Position numbers and translations under genes: made by a program
NCBI RefSeq assembly: GCF_001194135.2
Contig: NC_068989.1
Span: 58,783,478-58,847,477, forward strand
From: Octopus bimaculoides
Taxonomy: Eukaryota
Length of the DNA: 64,000 nucleotides
Direction: 5' to 3'
In this document: positions 62,251-64,000 of the stretch, piece after piece
How the letters are laid out: each line of letters starts with the position of its first letter
Numbering within the stretch: the first letter of the stretch is position 1
The notes under the pieces: generated by a model
Database searches by the model: none
What the model was told of the DNA's origin: nothing
What the model saw: only the letters and a program-made list of their open reading frames with translations

Positions 62251-64000
62251 TACATTTCTGCTATTACATTACTCTTATAGCATAATTATTATTTCTTATC
62301 TCAGAAATTCAGACCAAAACTAACGAATTTCTTTTCAAAATACGTCCGAGAATCATGATTTTATGTTGTCTTGTGAAGTATAAATCCCACCTAACATTCC
62401 ATTCTTTTTCTTATTGTTATTTTATTCTATTTACTTTTTTTCCGGCTTTGTTTATATTTCAAAGTTGACTTTAATTTCAAGTCAACTTTGAAATGACTTT
62501 GGACTTTGTTTAATACTTCTGTAACTTGAAGTCACTCATAGTCATTTACTTTTTCTATCCATTGAAAGAAAGAAAATTTAATCAGTAGATTTTAATGTCT
62601 TTTCGTTTTTTTATACTGACTTTTGGTTTTAATATAATTTTGTGCTCATTGTTTTGTTATGTTTTAGCTTTCCTTGCTATAAATTTTTCTCGACTATCCA
62701 CTTCCCTCCCCAAAGCAGATTTTTCTTTTACAAACTGATCTACTGCTAGTAGTAAAGCTTAAAATGCAAATTCTAATTATGTTGGAACTAAAGAATTCTT
62801 AATTTCCTAGATTAGACCTTAACCTCTAATGATTAGGTTTCTTTGGATTTTCTTCTCATTTTTTTACCTAACACCTGCGTTGTTGAAGTATCAAGTGTAC
62901 GTTCTATGCTTAATACAGTCCCATCCCTATCTCTCAGGTCTATGGTATAGCAAGCTTCGACTTATGAGAGAACTAACACTGCTGTATGTGATGATATGCA
63001 CGGCACAACTGTCCCGTAAAAATGAGGTCAACAAGACGATGCTAGATACTTGTGCTGACGCCTACTTCTTTTCATTTAACTTTCATGTATAATATTGCTC
63101 CAAAACTCTTGTAGAACTTGAAAGGGAATTCGAAACGTCTGATCTCTTGAGGTTTAACGTCACCCAGACTAAGCAGGAGGTCACCAACTTCTTTTGTTTC
63201 GCTTCTTCATAGCTTCAAATGTTAGCTTGCACAAGTTAGGTTAGCATGACGTAACAACAGATCAGTCTAGAAATAAAAAGAACAAAAGGGATGTTTGTGG
63301 AGTTAAAGGAAAACTATATCACACACGATTCTAGACATCGTTCTTCTCTAAGTCTGAATCTGTTATTAAGAGAATATAGTATCACTGTAAAGATTTTGCT
63401 AATTTGGAAAGCGAAAATATGTCCCAAATGGCCACGATATTAAGAATTTAAAACAATTATTTTTGCATTTTTATAATACGAATATAATATCAATATCGTT
63501 TAACGTTTATCGTACATTTTTCAAATTCATCTAATTATATAAACTAAACATTCAAACACTGAGATTTGAAATGAGATGTTACTACTGTTCATATCTGTGG
63601 ATAAATTTTAAAATTGATGATATCACCAGCAGTAACATAGGTGGATCGCAGATGTAATAACATTAAATAGCTATGAATTATAAATTTGCACAAAGCGTAA
63701 TGATGCTTAACAAGCATCTACCTGCTAGAAATAAGAGCTAAAGTCTTAAATTAATCCACCGTAGCGCACCAAGATAACGGAGAAAAACAGTATGCGAGGA
63801 AAACAGAAAGAATTAAAACATTTAAGAGCACAAATAAAAATATTATGCAATTAGGGATATCCACAAACCAGGTTTCGGCTTTTGTGTGGCCTACCGGTTA
63901 ATAATCCTTGACTGTGGCCTACCGGTTAATAATCCTTGACTGTCACGTTAAACTCTGACTGTGCAACTGGTTTTGTTTTGCGCCAATATATATATATATA

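Overview
AT-rich animal genomic DNA from a gapped short-read assembly: 11 N-runs totalling about 6 kb, most flanked by microsatellites. The SINE families, microsatellite load and transposon mix point to an octopus (inference, not verified). No host protein-coding gene can be called with confidence. Most ORFs in the supplied track are translated microsatellites or gaps, and the few exon-like segments are reported only as low-confidence candidates. The window is a dense graveyard of mobile elements: (1) three tRNA-derived SINE families; (2) a Gypsy LTR retrotransposon (49326-53331, minus strand, GAATT target-site duplication) inserted into a long-armed foldback element; (3) a Tx1/L1-type LINE whose reverse transcriptase has been deleted in frame; (4) Penelope-like, RTE and RLE-type LINE fragments; (5) several mariner/DD37D pieces and a mariner MITE pair; (6) a piggyBac remnant. 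The most interesting signal is a family of about 150-170 bp non-coding repeats with a minimal hammerhead-ribozyme-like core (CTGANGA-stem II-GAAA-CG-TH). These repeats sit inside (TA)n tracts and form back-to-back inverted pairs, which resembles Penelope-derived, retrozyme-like non-autonomous elements. Boundaries of degraded elements are approximate.
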